Assembly: GCA_016200085.1 (NCBI GenBank)
Contig: JACQFL010000048.1
Coordinates: 15,350 to 79,349, forward strand
DNA: 64,000 nt
Reading direction: 5' to 3'
DNA from: Candidatus Rokuibacteriota bacterium
GTDB lineage: Bacteria; Methylomirabilota; Methylomirabilia; Rokubacteriales; CSP1-6
The first letter of the stretch is position 1, and every line of letters begins with the position of its first letter. The notes under the pieces were generated by a model, which saw nothing but the letters and a program-made list of their open reading frames with translations, ran no database searches and had not been told where the DNA came from. The position numbers and the translations under genes were made by a program. Positions 63,999 to 64,000 of this stretch are shown piece after piece.

Positions 63999-64000
63999 CG

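Noticed and set aside
1-64000. Mobile elements, CRISPR, rRNA or tRNA
   Set aside because: There is no transposase, integrase or recombinase homology. There are no regularly spaced direct repeats with spacers. There is no tRNA-like cloverleaf or rRNA signature. The only repeats are the coding NPCAAK arrays and the three intergenic inverted-repeat elements.

Overview
This 64 kb window is a very GC-rich (roughly 70% GC) bacterial chromosomal segment, densely coding on both strands. I found no transposase, integrase, CRISPR array, rRNA or tRNA. The six-frame track is heavily contaminated by long antisense ORFs, which is a GC artefact. I called genes from recognisable domain signatures, signal peptides, Shine-Dalgarno-like sequences, and 4-nt start/stop overlaps such as GTGA and ATGA.

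Most of the content is housekeeping or accessory metabolism:
- A thiSGE operon sits behind a clear TPP (THI-box) riboswitch.
- fabI and fabG-like SDRs.
- A mutY-like glycosylase next to a mutT-like Nudix gene.
- ygfZ, yyaL and ridA.
- Two ABC importers.
- A canonical tldD-pmbA pair.
- tatD, M20 peptidases, hlyD and uppP.
- A lipid-carrier glycosylation cluster: GT39 ArnT-like, GT2, DUF2079 and CinA-like.
- An ABC-2 exporter, a NiCoT nickel/cobalt transporter and a DinB-family gene.
- moeA, a family-B DNA polymerase, a YihY-family gene and several SDRs.

The most notable result is four independent genes whose reading frame runs straight through an in-frame TGA. In each case the TGA sits exactly on the catalytic cysteine codon of a thiol-redox or sulfur-transfer fold:
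- an AhpD-like protein (CxxU-xxxH);
- a TlpA/thioredoxin-like protein (W-U-PHC);
- a periplasmic single-domain rhodanese (active-site U-G-C);
- an OsmC-like peroxidase (AALAF-U).

A GC-rich hairpin lies about 10-13 nt downstream of each TGA (for the rhodanese, immediately downstream), as expected of a bacterial SECIS. I therefore read these as selenocysteine-containing proteins, not pseudogenes. That points to an organism rich in selenoproteins. The Sec-decoding genes (selA, selB, selC, selD) are not in this window.

Two of the selenoprotein loci look like candidate undescribed modules:
1. An ECF sigma / zinc-finger anti-sigma / cupin-like / Sec-TlpA operon. It sits in an extracytoplasmic island that also encodes a pentaheme cytochrome c, an orphan anti-sigma paralog, a BNR-repeat protein, and two secreted proteins built from tandem NPCAAK hexapeptide repeats.
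2. A tight minus-strand operon in which two divergent 520-aa TldD/PmbA-family peptidases flank the Sec-rhodanese, with moeA upstream and a DinB-family gene downstream.

Other points of note:
- Three intergenic copies of a roughly 150-160 bp element. Each has 33-40 bp G-rich terminal inverted repeats and a conserved GGTACGC core.
- A dienelactone-hydrolase pseudogene broken by multiple frameshifts.
- A truncated SDR wedged between the mutY-like and mutT-like genes.

Coordinates derived by counting residues from ORF ends should be accurate to within about 3 nt.
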